From Octopus bimaculoides (lineage: Eukaryota), in the NCBI RefSeq assembly GCF_001194135.2, contig NC_068994.1:38129628-38162127 (forward strand): 32,500 bases of DNA, read 5' to 3'. Under the pieces are notes generated by a model, which was not told the DNA's origin, searched no databases, and saw nothing but the letters and a program-made list of their open reading frames with translations. Shown in pieces: positions 12,583 through 24,503 of this stretch; the stretch's first letter is position 1, and every line of letters begins with the position of its first letter. Both the position numbers and the translations under genes were made by a program.

Positions 12583-13222
12583 NNNNNNNNNNNNNNNNNN
12601 NNNNNNNNNNNNNNNNNNNNNNNNNNNNNNNNNNNNNNNNNNNNNNNNNNNNNNNNNNNNNNNNNNNNNNNNNNNNNNNNNNNNNNNNNNNNNNNNNNNN
12701 NNNNNNNNNNNNNNNNNNNNNNNNNNNNNNNNNNNNNNNNNNNNNNNNNNNNNNNNNNNNNNNNNNNNNNNNNNNNNNNNNNNNNNNNNNNNNNNNNNNN
12801 NNNNNNNNNNNNNNNNNNNNNNNNNNNNNNNNNNNNNNNNNNNNNNNNNNNNNNNNNNNNNNNNNNNNNNNNNNNNNNNNNNNNNNNNNNNNNNNNNNNN
12901 NNNNNNNNNNNNNNNNNNNNNNNNNNNNNNNNNNNNNNNNNNNNNNNNNNNNNNNNNNNNNNNNNNNNNNNNNNNNNNNNNNNNNNNNNNNNNNNNNNNN
13001 NNNNNNNNNNNNNNNNNNNNNNNNNNNNNNNNNNNNNNNNNNNNNNNNNNNNNNNNNNNNNNNNNNNNNNNNNNNNNNNNNNNNNNNNNNNNNNNNNNNN
13101 NNNNNNNNNNNNNNNNNNNNNNNNNNNNNNNNNNNNNNNNNNNNNNNNNNNNNNNNNNNNNNNNNNNNNNNNNNNNNNNNNNNNNNNNNNNNNNNNNNNN
13201 NNNNNNNNNNNNNNNNNNNNNN
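12583..13222. other. Assembly gap (640 N)
   Basis: N run. The ORFs 12524-13297 in the track are artefacts of it. Confidence 1.
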
Positions 13223-13808
13223 TATATATACATATGTATATATTTTAGGGTCATGGACATTATTTCCCTTCCTGACTAAAATGTAAAAAAAAAACAAAAG
13301 AAAAAGAAGAGAAGGAAACAGTGTGTACTCATATTGTCAATAAATAAATTAAAAATAAAATTAAACTGCCATCATGGGTGAACAAATATGGACTAAATTT
13401 AGAGTATAATGTTGGCTGCTTAATACTTTCACATCACTAGTTTCAAATTGAAAAGATTGGAATATGGATCTTTAGAGCATCTGTTATACTTACAAGAGTT
13501 TGCTGAACAGTTGTTACTTTTATTGACACTTGAAATTTTGCATATAGAATATATTATTCGGGAATATATTTGCTGTTTTTAGACCCTTTGATGTATTTAT
13601 CACCTATAAATCATGTGAATATTTATATAAGCAAGGTTTTCTGATTAGTATTCCACTGGAGTAAATGGAGCATATTTTTATTTATAAAAGTTATGCACCT
13701 TGAAAACAGCAATTTTATTCCCATTTACTCACCCAACCATTTCCAATGAAACAACCAAATTGTTTAGTTTCACCATCTAGTTATCTTGTTTTTTTAGTAT
13801 TATACTAC

Positions 13809-13927
13809 CTTAAATTACATAAATCATACATAATATTTTTTGACTCAATTAAATCTTGTTGCAATTCACATAGGTAGCAAAATTTTATTTTATTGTCCTC
13901 CAAAAGGATAAAAGTAGGATTTGAACT
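13809..13927 (-). CDS. Candidate exon (SSNPTFILLEDNKIKFCYLCELQQDLIESKNIMYDLCNL+AG)
   Basis: Minus strand: strong acceptor ttattctaattctttatcttcag, one open frame of 119 nt, AAG|gtagta donor. No homology recognised. Confidence 0.3.
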
Positions 13928-14557
13928 CTGAAGATAAAGAATTAGAATAAATATTGTGAGACATTTTTCTGACACAAATTTTTTTGCCAGCAACACAAGT
14001 ATAACTGCAACCATCTGCACCAACACAACCATCAACAACAACAACAATAACAACATCCACAATAATATTAAAACTAAAGTATAAAAGACAGTGATAAAAA
14101 CAAACCAGTTATATATACACATAATGCAGAGTTCTTACTTACTGTATAAAAAGACTATATGTCTATACAAATTTATACAATAAATCTTTTACAAAATATT
14201 ATCAAGGAAGTTTTGCAGATATTCTTCACTAATACACACCAAAATCTGGCAATTATTTACATTTGAGTTAACAACTAACCCACATAAAGTCTGACTTTTA
14301 TATCTAGCAAGAAGAATATTCTCTTAAGAAGCCTTTCAAATATTTGAAGCCTAATTTCTTTCCCTGAAGACAAAAACTACACAGTGCTCCATCCGCCAAA
14401 CAGTCAAATCTGTTATATTTGCATGAAATCTTAAAACCCATCACTTTATTCAGTTACATGATATCACTTTATTGCACTGTTGGGATGCAAATACACTGTT
14501 TTTTTTTTACTTTTTTTCTTTTCTTTTTAGAAATATGAATATATATGTTACACAAGC

Positions 14558-14592
<35 letters not shown>

Positions 14593-14690
14593 CTCACATT
14601 CTTTCTTTCTCAAACACACACAGAGAAAAGTTTCATATATATATATATATATATATAAGCAATGTTAAATCTCTGAACGAGGTGTTTATA

Positions 14691-14700
14691 NNNNNNNNNN
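14691..14700. other. Assembly gap (10 N) flanked by an exact 99-bp duplication
   Basis: 14592-14690 is identical to 14701-14799. Confidence 0.97.
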
Positions 14701-14792
14701 TCTCACATTCTTTCTTTCTCAAACACACACAGAGAAAAGTTTCATATATATATATATATATATATAAGCAATGTTAAATCTCTGAACGAGGT

Positions 14793-14841
<49 letters not shown>

Positions 14842-15065
14842 CACACATATATATATGTGTGTGTGCATGCATATATATATATATGTGAGTGTATATATAT
14901 ATATATATATGTACATATATATATACATGTACATATATATCTGTGTACATATATATACGTGTACATATATATCTGTACACATATATATGTGTACATATAT
15001 ATATGCACACACACACACATATATATATATATACACACACACACAGACATTTATATGTATATATA

Positions 15066-15130
<65 letters not shown>

Positions 15131-15175
15131 AAATGTATATATATATATGTCTGTATGTATATATAAATGTATGTG

Positions 15176-15206
<31 letters not shown>

Positions 15207-15219
15207 TTGCACCCACTCA

Positions 15220-15257
<38 letters not shown>

Positions 15258-15921
15258 GATGCATGTATTTCTAGGTTTGTGTTTATATGAGTATACATAT
15301 TATCACTCTATCAATATTGTTTGATTTTTCCAAACAGTTCTTGTTATTCCACGTATTTAGAAGATGGTTGTATTATTCCCTTAGCTTTCCCCAAGACTTT
15401 TTCTTGGCTTCCATCATTAGAGCGACTATGGAAAAAAAAATCTTGAATTGCTTCACAGACTTCAGGGATAGAATGGAACATTTTGTTAGAGATATTTCTG
15501 TGTAATGTGAACAGGAAGGAAGATGCTCGTGCTACCATGATGATATTATATACATGGGTACAAATAGTAGGACACTTATATAAATGTAAAAATATATTCA
15601 CTGAATACAAGCACACACACGCACACACACAAACATATGTATGCATGTGTATATATATATATATGCATATGCATGTGTATGTGTATGTATATATGTACAT
15701 GCATATGTATGCTTTTGTATATATATATGTATGTATATGTTTATGTGTATATAGATTTGTATATATATGTGTGCATATATATATTTGCATATGTATGTAT
15801 ATATATATATATATATTTGTATATATATGTGTGTGTGTGTATTTATTGGTATATATATATATATGTATGTGTATATATATAGTTGTATATATATGTGTGT
15901 GTATGTGTGTATATATATGTG

Positions 15922-16005
<84 letters not shown>

Positions 16006-16094
16006 TATATATACACATGCATACATATATCCATATAATTTTTTCTGTATCCTTATCCATATCTCTCTCTTCGTCTCTCTCCCTCACATATATA

Positions 16095-16156
<62 letters not shown>

Positions 16157-16354
16157 CATATATATATATATATATATGCATGTATGTATATATATTTATA
16201 TGTGAGAGAGAGAGAGAGAGAGTAAGAGAGAGAGAGAATGCTTATGTACTTATAGATGCATAAAGATATTTCCTTCCATTTATGTTCAGGAAAAAAGAGA
16301 TGGAGATCGTTAATAGATACAAACACAAACACAAGGAATTCCCACTAATAATAG

Positions 16355-16500
16355 GTACAACAATGGCTGAGTGGTGAAGAAGTTCACTTCATAACCATAC
16401 AGTTCCAGGTTTGATCACACAGCATGGTACCTTGGGCATGTATCTTGTTCCTGCAATACCCTTGCGTTAACCAAATGAAAATTGATAGACAGAAAATGTG
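16355..16500 (+). mobile_element. Degenerate SINE head (family of 16746-17099)
   Basis: ATGGCTGAGTGGTGAAGAAG...AACCATACAGTTCCAGGTTTGATC...GGTACCTTGGGCA. Confidence 0.65.
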
Positions 16501-16645
16501 TATATATGCATTTATATATGTGCATGTATATACATACACATGTATATATATAACCATATATATATGCATATATATATATGTTTATATATGTATATATGCA
16601 TATATATATGTTTATATATTATGCGTATATGTATGCATAAATGTG

Positions 16646-16707
<62 letters not shown>

Positions 16708-16714
16708 AACATAA

Positions 16715-16745
<31 letters not shown>

Positions 16746-17099
16746 CAGGAGTTGCTGTGTGGTTAGTAGCTTGCTTACCAACCACATGCTTGCGGGTTCA
16801 GTCCCAATCCATGGCTCCTTGGGCAAGTGTCTTCTACTATAGCCTCGGACTAACCAAAGCCTTGTGAGTGGATTTCGTAGATGGAAACTGACAGAAGCCT
16901 ATCGTGTGTGTGTGTGTGTGTGTTTGACAACTGATGCTGGTGCTTTTACATCCCATAACTTAGCAGTTTGACAAAAGAGACCGATAGAATAAGTACTAGG
17001 CTTACAAAGAATATGTCCTTGGGTCAATTTGTTCAACTAAATGTGGTGCTCTAGCATGGCCACAGTTAAATGACTGAAACAAATAAAAGAATAAAATAA
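16746..17099 (+). mobile_element. tRNA-derived SINE, near full length, with internal (TG)n and AAAGAATAA-type tail
   Basis: A box TGCTGTGTGGTTAG, B box GGGTTCAGTCCC, CTTGGGCAAGTGTCTTCTACTATAGCCTCGG, (TG)n at 16906-16923, tail GACTGAAACAAATAAAAGAATAAAAT. Co-linear with 20373-20826. Confidence 0.9.
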
Positions 17100-17559
17100 T
17101 ATATTTGAGAGAGGAAGAACACTGTGTATGTGTGTATTTGTACATCTGTGTGTGTATGTGCATGTCTGTATTTATATTTCCTAATGTCTAAAAACCAGAG
17201 TTACTTATGCTATGTCTGCTTATGTCCTGACAAAATTAAGTCCAAGGTTTAATACGATTCACAAAGCACATGAAGGCAGTGCCCCAGCATGGCCACATTT
17301 CAAGGACAGAGTCTAGCGAAGGAGTAGTAATAGGTTTACAATAGCTACAATATGAAAATACGATTCTATACAAGACATTTACACAGAAATGGGAAAATAA
17401 CAAAAACAAAAACAATAATAAAAGAAAGCATTTTTTTTCTTACTGTGATGAGGATGACACTTTTTACATCAACATACATAAATGGTAAGTTATTTCCTTT
17501 GACTGGAATAAGGAACTTCCCACACACAAACACACAGCAAACAAACACAAATATACGTA

Positions 17560-17780
17560 TGTGTTTATATATATATTTTTATATAGAGAGAGAGAGAGAT
17601 AGATAGATAGATAGATAGNNNNNNNNNNATATATATATATATATATATATAACATTATATGCAATCACATACACAAGTACATATACATACAGAGATACAA
17701 ACACACAGACAGACACATAGAGAGATAGACAGACAAACTAACAGACAGACAGATAGATATTACTTTTACACAGATACACA
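17560..17780. repeat. (TA)n/(GA)n/(GATA)n/(GACA)n cluster containing a 10-N gap (17619-17628)
   Basis: Direct reading. Confidence 0.9.
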
Positions 17781-18714
17781 CACCCTCAAACAAAGAATTT
17801 TGTTGCACTTTCATTGTGAAAAGACAATATTTACACTCACATCTACAAATTGAGTTACACATGAATATGTAAAGGAAAAGATGGTTGTTCTATACAAAAG
17901 ACACTTCCACAAATATATCAAACGGTTTTGTTCTCATACATTCAAAAGGGAAATTATTTGTACTTGCAAATGTAAATAAAAACACCTTCAATTGTGAATA
18001 CAAAACCCTCACCAAAGGAAAAGAAAATGACAAATATAAAAATGAAAACCTATTTGCACACGTATGAAAAAAAAAATGTATATATAGATCTTAAAAATAT
18101 TCTAGAGAAAATATGTTTACTCTTATGTGTAAGAAGAAGAAAATAAAATGTATTTGTACAGATGTGGATTTATGATTTCAGAAAGAAGGACAAATTTATC
18201 ACTTATGTGAAGAAGGAAATGTATTCGCATTTATCCACAGAAAAAAGAGGTGGGTAATGTGTTTATATCTATATGCACATGCAAAATGAATAATATTTAA
18301 GGATACATATATGCATAAAATAAAATCAAAAAAAAACTTACTAGAAATCCCATAAAAAAATTATAAGCATTGAACTATGCATGCATATCATTATTATTGT
18401 TGTTGTTGTTGTTTTTATTATTGCGATTATTATTACTATATATTATATTATATAGCTTCTACCCATTGCAATTTGCTATAAAAGATAAATTTTAAGGAAG
18501 CACAGTGTATAGGTTTGTGAGGCTGTTTGAGGTGAAACTTCATTGATTATGGTGATAAATTCATTTATAAAAGCTAAAATGAATACAGTCTGTTTCAAGT
18601 CATTTGGGAATATTGAGGAATGGAAGGAGGCCCAGCAGTCTGATTATGTTAATTAGCATGGTTCTCACATGTAAGAAGTCTTCAATGGATATGTAATGAG
18701 AACAGTAATTTATA

Positions 18715-18905
18715 TTAACCCTTTTGCTACCAACCCCATCAGTGACTGCCTTTGGCTCTATGATGCAAACTTCATGTTTTAAAGTGATCTAAGTTAAAAC
18801 CTTCTATAAAAACATCTATATTAATTTATGTTTCAAAACACCAACCTCATAATGACAAATTTATTTAACTAATTTCACATTACTTTAGAAATTAACTGAA
18901 ACATA
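18715..18905 (+). mobile_element. Truncated piggyBac-like MITE
   Basis: TTAA followed by CCCTTTTGCTACCAAC, a piggyBac-type end. AT-rich body. No right end visible. Confidence 0.55.
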
Positions 18906-18985
18906 GGTAGTGGCCAAAGGACATACAGCAGCATTGGTTTTGGTGCCTCGTTTTCCTCCTCTCCACAATCATCATCTGATGAAGC

Positions 18986-19360
18986 GACAATCCTGCAAAG
19001 GTCCAGAATGTGTCACGACATTCCATCCATGGAGACGTTGTTTCTGGAATTGACTGCCATCACCATTCATCTGCTCCATTGAGATGTACAGCGCACCTTT
19101 GGTGGCTTAACCCAGACTTCCTCCCCTATTTTCACACAGGTGGGTTCCTTCTCTTCCTCGTGGCACTCTGGCGCTTTACTGGGATGCCTTCATTCGTATT
19201 TAAATACCACTCTGTGTGATGCAGATTCTTCAGCTTGTCCGGATTGGGGAAACATGTTATACCAGAAAACTGCCTCCAGCGGTGAAATGTGCCCTCTTTC
19301 CATTATGGCCTTGACTGTCTGATGGTGCCTCTATACAATTCCATTATCGCTCGGCTTATA
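18986..19360 (-). mobile_element. Ty3/Gypsy LTR-retrotransposon integrase C-terminal relic
   Basis: Manual translation: YKPSDNGIV*RHHQTVKAIMERGHISPLEAVFWYN...VFKYE*RHP...VKIGEEVWVKPPKVRCTSQWSR*MVMAVNSRNNVSMDGMS*HILDLCRIV. This matches the Y.P.GNG.VER.H.T.K end of the rve core plus the G(D/E).VW.K tail. Four in-frame stops, no frameshift. Confidence 0.85.
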
Positions 19361-19664
19361 CATCCGTCGCCTCGCCTCCCATGAGGTACGATATATGCTC
19401 GTTCAGCTCTCTAAAGTCCCACAGTATGGAGAAAGAATTATTAGCTTACTGATTAAATTCTTATCAAAAAAGGGCAAGGGAGACAACTACCAAAAAATTT
19501 TAATCAATTAAAATTAGCTAAAAAGGAAATACAGATAATGCAGGGGAGTGAGTCAAATCATAGCAGGATGGTGAAAACTCCAGATATCTTTTGTCCTTAT
19601 AGTCTTACTCAGTAAACACGCTTACACGAGGTGTTTTGAGTGGTTGTGAAAACATTTGACTTAC

Positions 19665-19740
19665 ATAAGAGAAAAGTTTAAGGACAACTCAAGAATAACT
19701 GATGTTAAACGAATCAAAATTCCGTAAAAAAGGAAGAAAG
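19665..19740 (-). CDS. Candidate exon (xFFLFYGILIRLTSVILELSLNFSL+AT), hydrophobic
   Basis: Acceptor ttttaacttttataatttttttag and donor TAT|gtaagt. Single open frame (phase 1 to 2), in phase with 20099-20156. Confidence 0.48.
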
Positions 19741-20098
19741 CTAAAAAAATTATAAAAGTTAAAATTAAATATAATAAACAGATGTTGATTTTTCCTCCTC
19801 TTTCTTTTGTGCTAAAAGGAAAACAAAATCATTTTAATGCATAAAACAAATTAACAATGTATTGCAGTGCTATCTTGGTTTGTCATTTTTTAACACACGT
19901 TCATAGAGAAACAAAAGTTTGTATATGTATATATATGTTTTCAAATATACATGTGTGTGTGTGAGTGCATATGTAACTAAATATATTCACGTGCGCGCAC
20001 GTGTGTGTGTGTGTGTGTAATGCATGTGTTGATGTGTATGTGTGTAGTTTTGTGTGTTTAAGTAAGGACAATATTTATGGGCTGCAAACTAATTTTAC

Positions 20099-20156
20099 CT
20101 TTCTTGTAGCTCTTCAGAGTTATTTTAGGAAGTCCTTTAGTGTCTCCATTTTTATA
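20099..20156 (-). CDS. Candidate exon (YKNGDTKGLPKITLKSYKK+G)
   Basis: Acceptor tactagttttcttcttcag and donor AAG|gtaaaa. 58 nt, phase 0 to 1. G+CT forms Ala with the next candidate exon. Confidence 0.48.
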
Positions 20157-20372
20157 CTGAAGAAGAAAACTAGTAAATAGTAAACAAACAGTAACAACAA
20201 GGAAGGAAAGAATAGATGGGGGGTGGGGTGAGGAAAGAAAATAAGATCAAATAAAGGGCATGAGAAGAAGAGACAAAAGAGAAGAAATAAGAAAAGCAGG
20301 AGTAAAAGCTGGACAGAAATTAAAATTTTTTTAAGAAGTTTAGGAAGTTGTTATGAAAAATCAATTAAATTC

Positions 20373-20526
20373 ATGGCTGTGATAAGAAGCTTGCTTCCTA
20401 ACCACATGGTTCCAGGTTCAGTCCCACTGCATAGCACCTTGGGCAAGTGTCTTCTACTATAGCCTCGGGCTGACCAAAGCCTTGTGAGTGGATCTGGTAG
20501 ATAGAAACTGAAAGAAGCCCTTCATG

Positions 20527-20565
<39 letters not shown>

Positions 20566-20826
20566 TTCTTTTTATTCTTTTATATATATGTGTGCGTGTA
20601 TATACATGTGTGTGTGTATGTGTGTGCATCTATGTGTGTGTCTGTGTTTGTCCCACCACTACGTCCACCACTTGACAACCAGTGCTGATGTGTTTACATC
20701 CCTGAAATGTAGCAGTTCAGCAAAAGAGACTGATAGAATAAGCACTGGGGTCAGTTTATTTGACTAAAACCCTTCAAGCATGGCTGCAGTCAAATGACTG
20801 AAACAAATAAAAGAATGAAAGAATAA
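20373..20826 (+). mobile_element. tRNA-derived SINE with expanded internal (TA)n/(TG)n
   Basis: Co-linear with 16746-17099 in head, central part and tail AAATGACTGAAACAAATAAAAGAAT. Confidence 0.9.
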
Positions 20827-21562
20827 TCAAATTATACTATTATTTAAATAAATTGATTTAATACCTGACTGGCTATACATTACATGGATGATAATTAAAC
20901 ACGAAGATGCAAAAATTTTCCTCAAAAAGAAAGAAGAAAATCATATACTTGATTTGTTTTTAGTATGGCCTTATCCAAAATAAGGCACAACATCAGTGTA
21001 GCACAAAGAATTACAAAGAAAGGAAAGAAGGGATCTATAAATTCAGACGATATCGATTAACAGAAAGCTTAAAAGACTGGATACCATACCACAAGAGAAA
21101 AACAAGACCATTGTAACGAGTTCCAGACAACAGCAGCTCAAGGAAAAAAGCTATTAAAATAAAAAGACTTATGACTAACAAGAAGCTCAAGAGAGAAACG
21201 ATGCACCTGGGAAGAGAAGCAGGTGACATGTTTAAAGGTCTTCACAGAGAACACTAGAACAGACAGTTTTTCAGCACACTTATGGAAATACACAACAATG
21301 ATACAAATGGATGATGAACCTAAGACTTGAATCTAGTAGAAAGGAGATGACCTATCGTGTTAACTAGTTTCTGAATTCAACTAAGCATGTTAAAAACCAA
21401 AACTAGGATGCTTGGCAGATCTATATCTTCAAATCAGAATGCTTGCTAAAGAAGGTTTTAATAAAGTTAAAATAATTAAAATAATCAAGTCGTAAGGAAT
21501 GAAATAAAGTATATAAGTAAAACATAATGAAGTTTCTCCTACACATTAGTTCCTAAAATTTT

Positions 21563-22075
21563 ATCATCTTCATCATTTAACGTCCTCTTTCCATGCTGGC
21601 ATGTGTTGGACGATTTGACATGAGCCTGCACCATACTTCTGTGTCTGTTTTGGCATGGCTTTTTATGGTTGGATGCCCTTCCTAACTCCAACCACCCTGC
21701 AGAGTGGACTGTGTGTTTTTTTTACATGGTACCAGTTTTGGCATGATTTTTACAGTTGGATGCCCTTCCAAATGCCAGCCACTTTACAGCGTGGACTGGA
21801 TGCTTTATAAGTGGCACCTACATTGGTAGGGTCACCAAGTAACTTTGCAAGACAAAGCATCTTTGAAAAAGGAGGGGGGCATGGGTGGAGGTGATCTTGT
21901 GCCAGATGATGAAGGTTAGAGTGCGACAGAGAGAGACAAATACAGATGTCTTGATGTAGAGGATGTACATGATTACCCAGCCAGATAGAGAGAGAGAGAG
22001 AGAGAAAGGAAGAGAGAGTTAACAAGAAAGAGGGTAGAGCAGGTGTGATGTTGTAAAGAAGATACATTGTTACCT
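21563..22075 (-). mobile_element. Non-LTR retroelement 3' UTR / SINE tail with (ATC)n end
   Basis: Minus-strand 3' end ...GCATGGAAAGAGGACGTTAAATGATGAAGATGAT, containing two AGG/GGAAGGGCATCCA motifs. The same tail type occurs at 25100-25198. Confidence 0.65.
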
Positions 22076-24132
22076 AGCTGGAGGGAAGACATATTTCATA
22101 TTTTTCTTTGTGCTGATTATTTAAATTATATTAAATTGATGTGTCATCATGTGTGTGGGTATGGCATGTGAGTGTGTGTGTGTGTGTACGTGTGTGAGTG
22201 TATACATGTGTGCATCTATATGCATACATACACATATAGATATATACATATATGTATATACAAGAGAACAAAAATTATATTGAATAGTATGTGACAAGAA
22301 AAGTAATTATAATCCTAAGTGAATAATATATAAAGATTAATGTTTAGCTAAATAAATAAATAAGACGTGGTAAATAAACAGTAAAATGTATGGAAAATAG
22401 AAAGAAAAGTATGGAATTGGATAAATATGTAATATAATATAAATGAGATTAATCTAATATATATGTGCGTGTATATGTTCTCATACGTGTGTTCTTGTAT
22501 GTGTATACATACATGTGTATATATGTATGTATATCTTTTCATATTCATATGCAACTAATAAACATTCATACACACATCTCCATATATAATATACTAAAAA
22601 TACAACATAATATGACATGGTGTAAAAGAAAAGAATATCAGAAATTATGCATAATAGAGCATATGGCAAATTATGCAAATAGTATGGATACAGCTATGTA
22701 CAAATTAATCGTGACTCACATGCATCTTCTAAAGTCAAACATATGATATATATATTATATTATGCATATCAAGTATGATACAATATTTTCATGTATATAA
22801 CAATACTTATAGCAATGTACTTGCACGGATTTTGGCAAGGATTAAATCATAATCCATTATAATGTGAGGTATGAGGAGGAAAAAAGGAGATGTCATAGGA
22901 GTGATTTAACATTGGAGATAATTGAAAAAGCAAGCACTAAATCAATTATTACACACTCACACATGCATATATATACATATGTGTGTATGCATATATATAT
23001 GTGTGTTGTGTGTGTAAATATATATACTTGTATGTTTTTACTTGTGTGTGTGTGTGTATACACATATATGTACATATGTATATGTGCATCTGTGTGTGTT
23101 TGTATGTGTGTATATATATATGTATTTCCCATTGAGTGCACAGGACTTGAGCGTCCCTTTGTTTTTTCTCCTACAAGCTGGTATGCTGGCTCTGAAAGTA
23201 ATCAGCTGAAATAGTAGAGAACATGTCTCAGTATTTCCCAACCTCTTTTTGTTGCTGGTGACAGGAGTTGGGATTTGAATTCAGAATACAGAATTGAAGC
23301 AGTTTCCATCCACAAAGCAATATATCCAATGGCCTATGTACATGTGTGTGTGTATGCGTGTGCGTGTGTATGTGTGTGTGTGTGTGTATGTTTTGCTTGA
23401 AAAAAATGTCATTAGTTTTTATTGGGTGTGGCTGTAGTGTCTATTCCATTTATCAATTGTTTTGACAAGAAACCTCTACCTGTCCAAGTGACAGTCAACA
23501 ACATTGGAACATATCCAATATTGTCAGTTAATGGCTAAAAGTGTACTGCCAGACTTATGATGCATCTCTAGGCTGACACTGCATTGCCAAGGTGGGCTTA
23601 CAATATACACATTTCCACATACATTTACAAATACGCTAAATTCTAGATAGGAAAAACAACTACAAAGTAATGCTGAAATCCTTTTGCAAATTATAGAACA
23701 TGCAGTACAAGAAAATTGTGAAAGCTATCGTAATTCAAAGGACAAATACCGTTCTTGATAGACAAGCACCTGTTAAAACATGACAATTGATGCTTTATAA
23801 ACAACAGTAGCCTTTACACATGACATTTGACATCTGCTGATCATACAGAATTTGACATTAGAAGAAAAAGGTAGGAATCTAAACTATGTCTTAAGAAAAA
23901 GTATATTGAACTCTCAAAAGACATTTTGAGGGGAAAATATTTGTACAGTTTTAGTGGTTTAACAAGAAAAGACAATTTGTAAAGTTGAAAAGCCTAACAG
24001 CAAGCGTATGAAAAAAATAGCTGCTGTAAAGTTTAAACATGACAAGACATGGATGTCTTCAGTTGTGGTCTAACAACTCAGAAGGTTACACTTATTTAAA
24101 ACTATAAAATTATGGCTAAGCTGGAGACTTAC

Positions 24133-24180
24133 CAATTGTTACTTTGATTTAGATAATTGTCTGCTAACCTTTCACATAGT
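24133..24180 (-). CDS. Candidate exon (LCERLADNYLNQSNN+TG)
   Basis: Donor TTG|gtaagt. Acceptor attattcaag is weak. Open frame phase 2 to 2. Confidence 0.22.
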
Positions 24181-24471
24181 CTTGAATAATATTTTATATT
24201 TTATTTCATATTATCTGTTAAAACAGTTCATATCTTCTTTTTTTTATTTCATATAGTATACTGCATATTTAGTATTCTTCGATTCATGATTGAAATAAAC
24301 TAATTTAATCGAATTCTAATTAAGCTATGCAGAGAAGTTATGTAGACTAACAGTTAAGGTGTTTGGTTTTTAATCATAAGGGCATGGTTCAATTCCTAGA
24401 CTAGGCAGTATGTGTACTTGACTAAGGCAATTCATTTCAAGTTTGAGTATCAGTTAGCTGCTAGTGCAGCC

Positions 24472-24503
<32 letters not shown>

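Larger units (their letters stand above)
14630..16745. repeat. ~2 kb block of degenerate (TA)n/(CA)n/(TG)n microsatellites with short unique islands
   Basis: Direct reading. It is the source of the many YI/VC/HT-repeat ORFs. Confidence 0.95.

Noticed and set aside
12524-13297. Three 234-251 aa ORFs
   Set aside because: They consist almost entirely of N-gap codons.
14719-16842. Numerous long ORFs rich in YI/VC/HT
   Set aside because: Translations of dinucleotide microsatellites, which lack stop codons.
20990-21300. Possible decayed LINE 3' coding end (DWIPYHKRKTRPL*R)
   Set aside because: Only one loose motif, which is not enough to assign.
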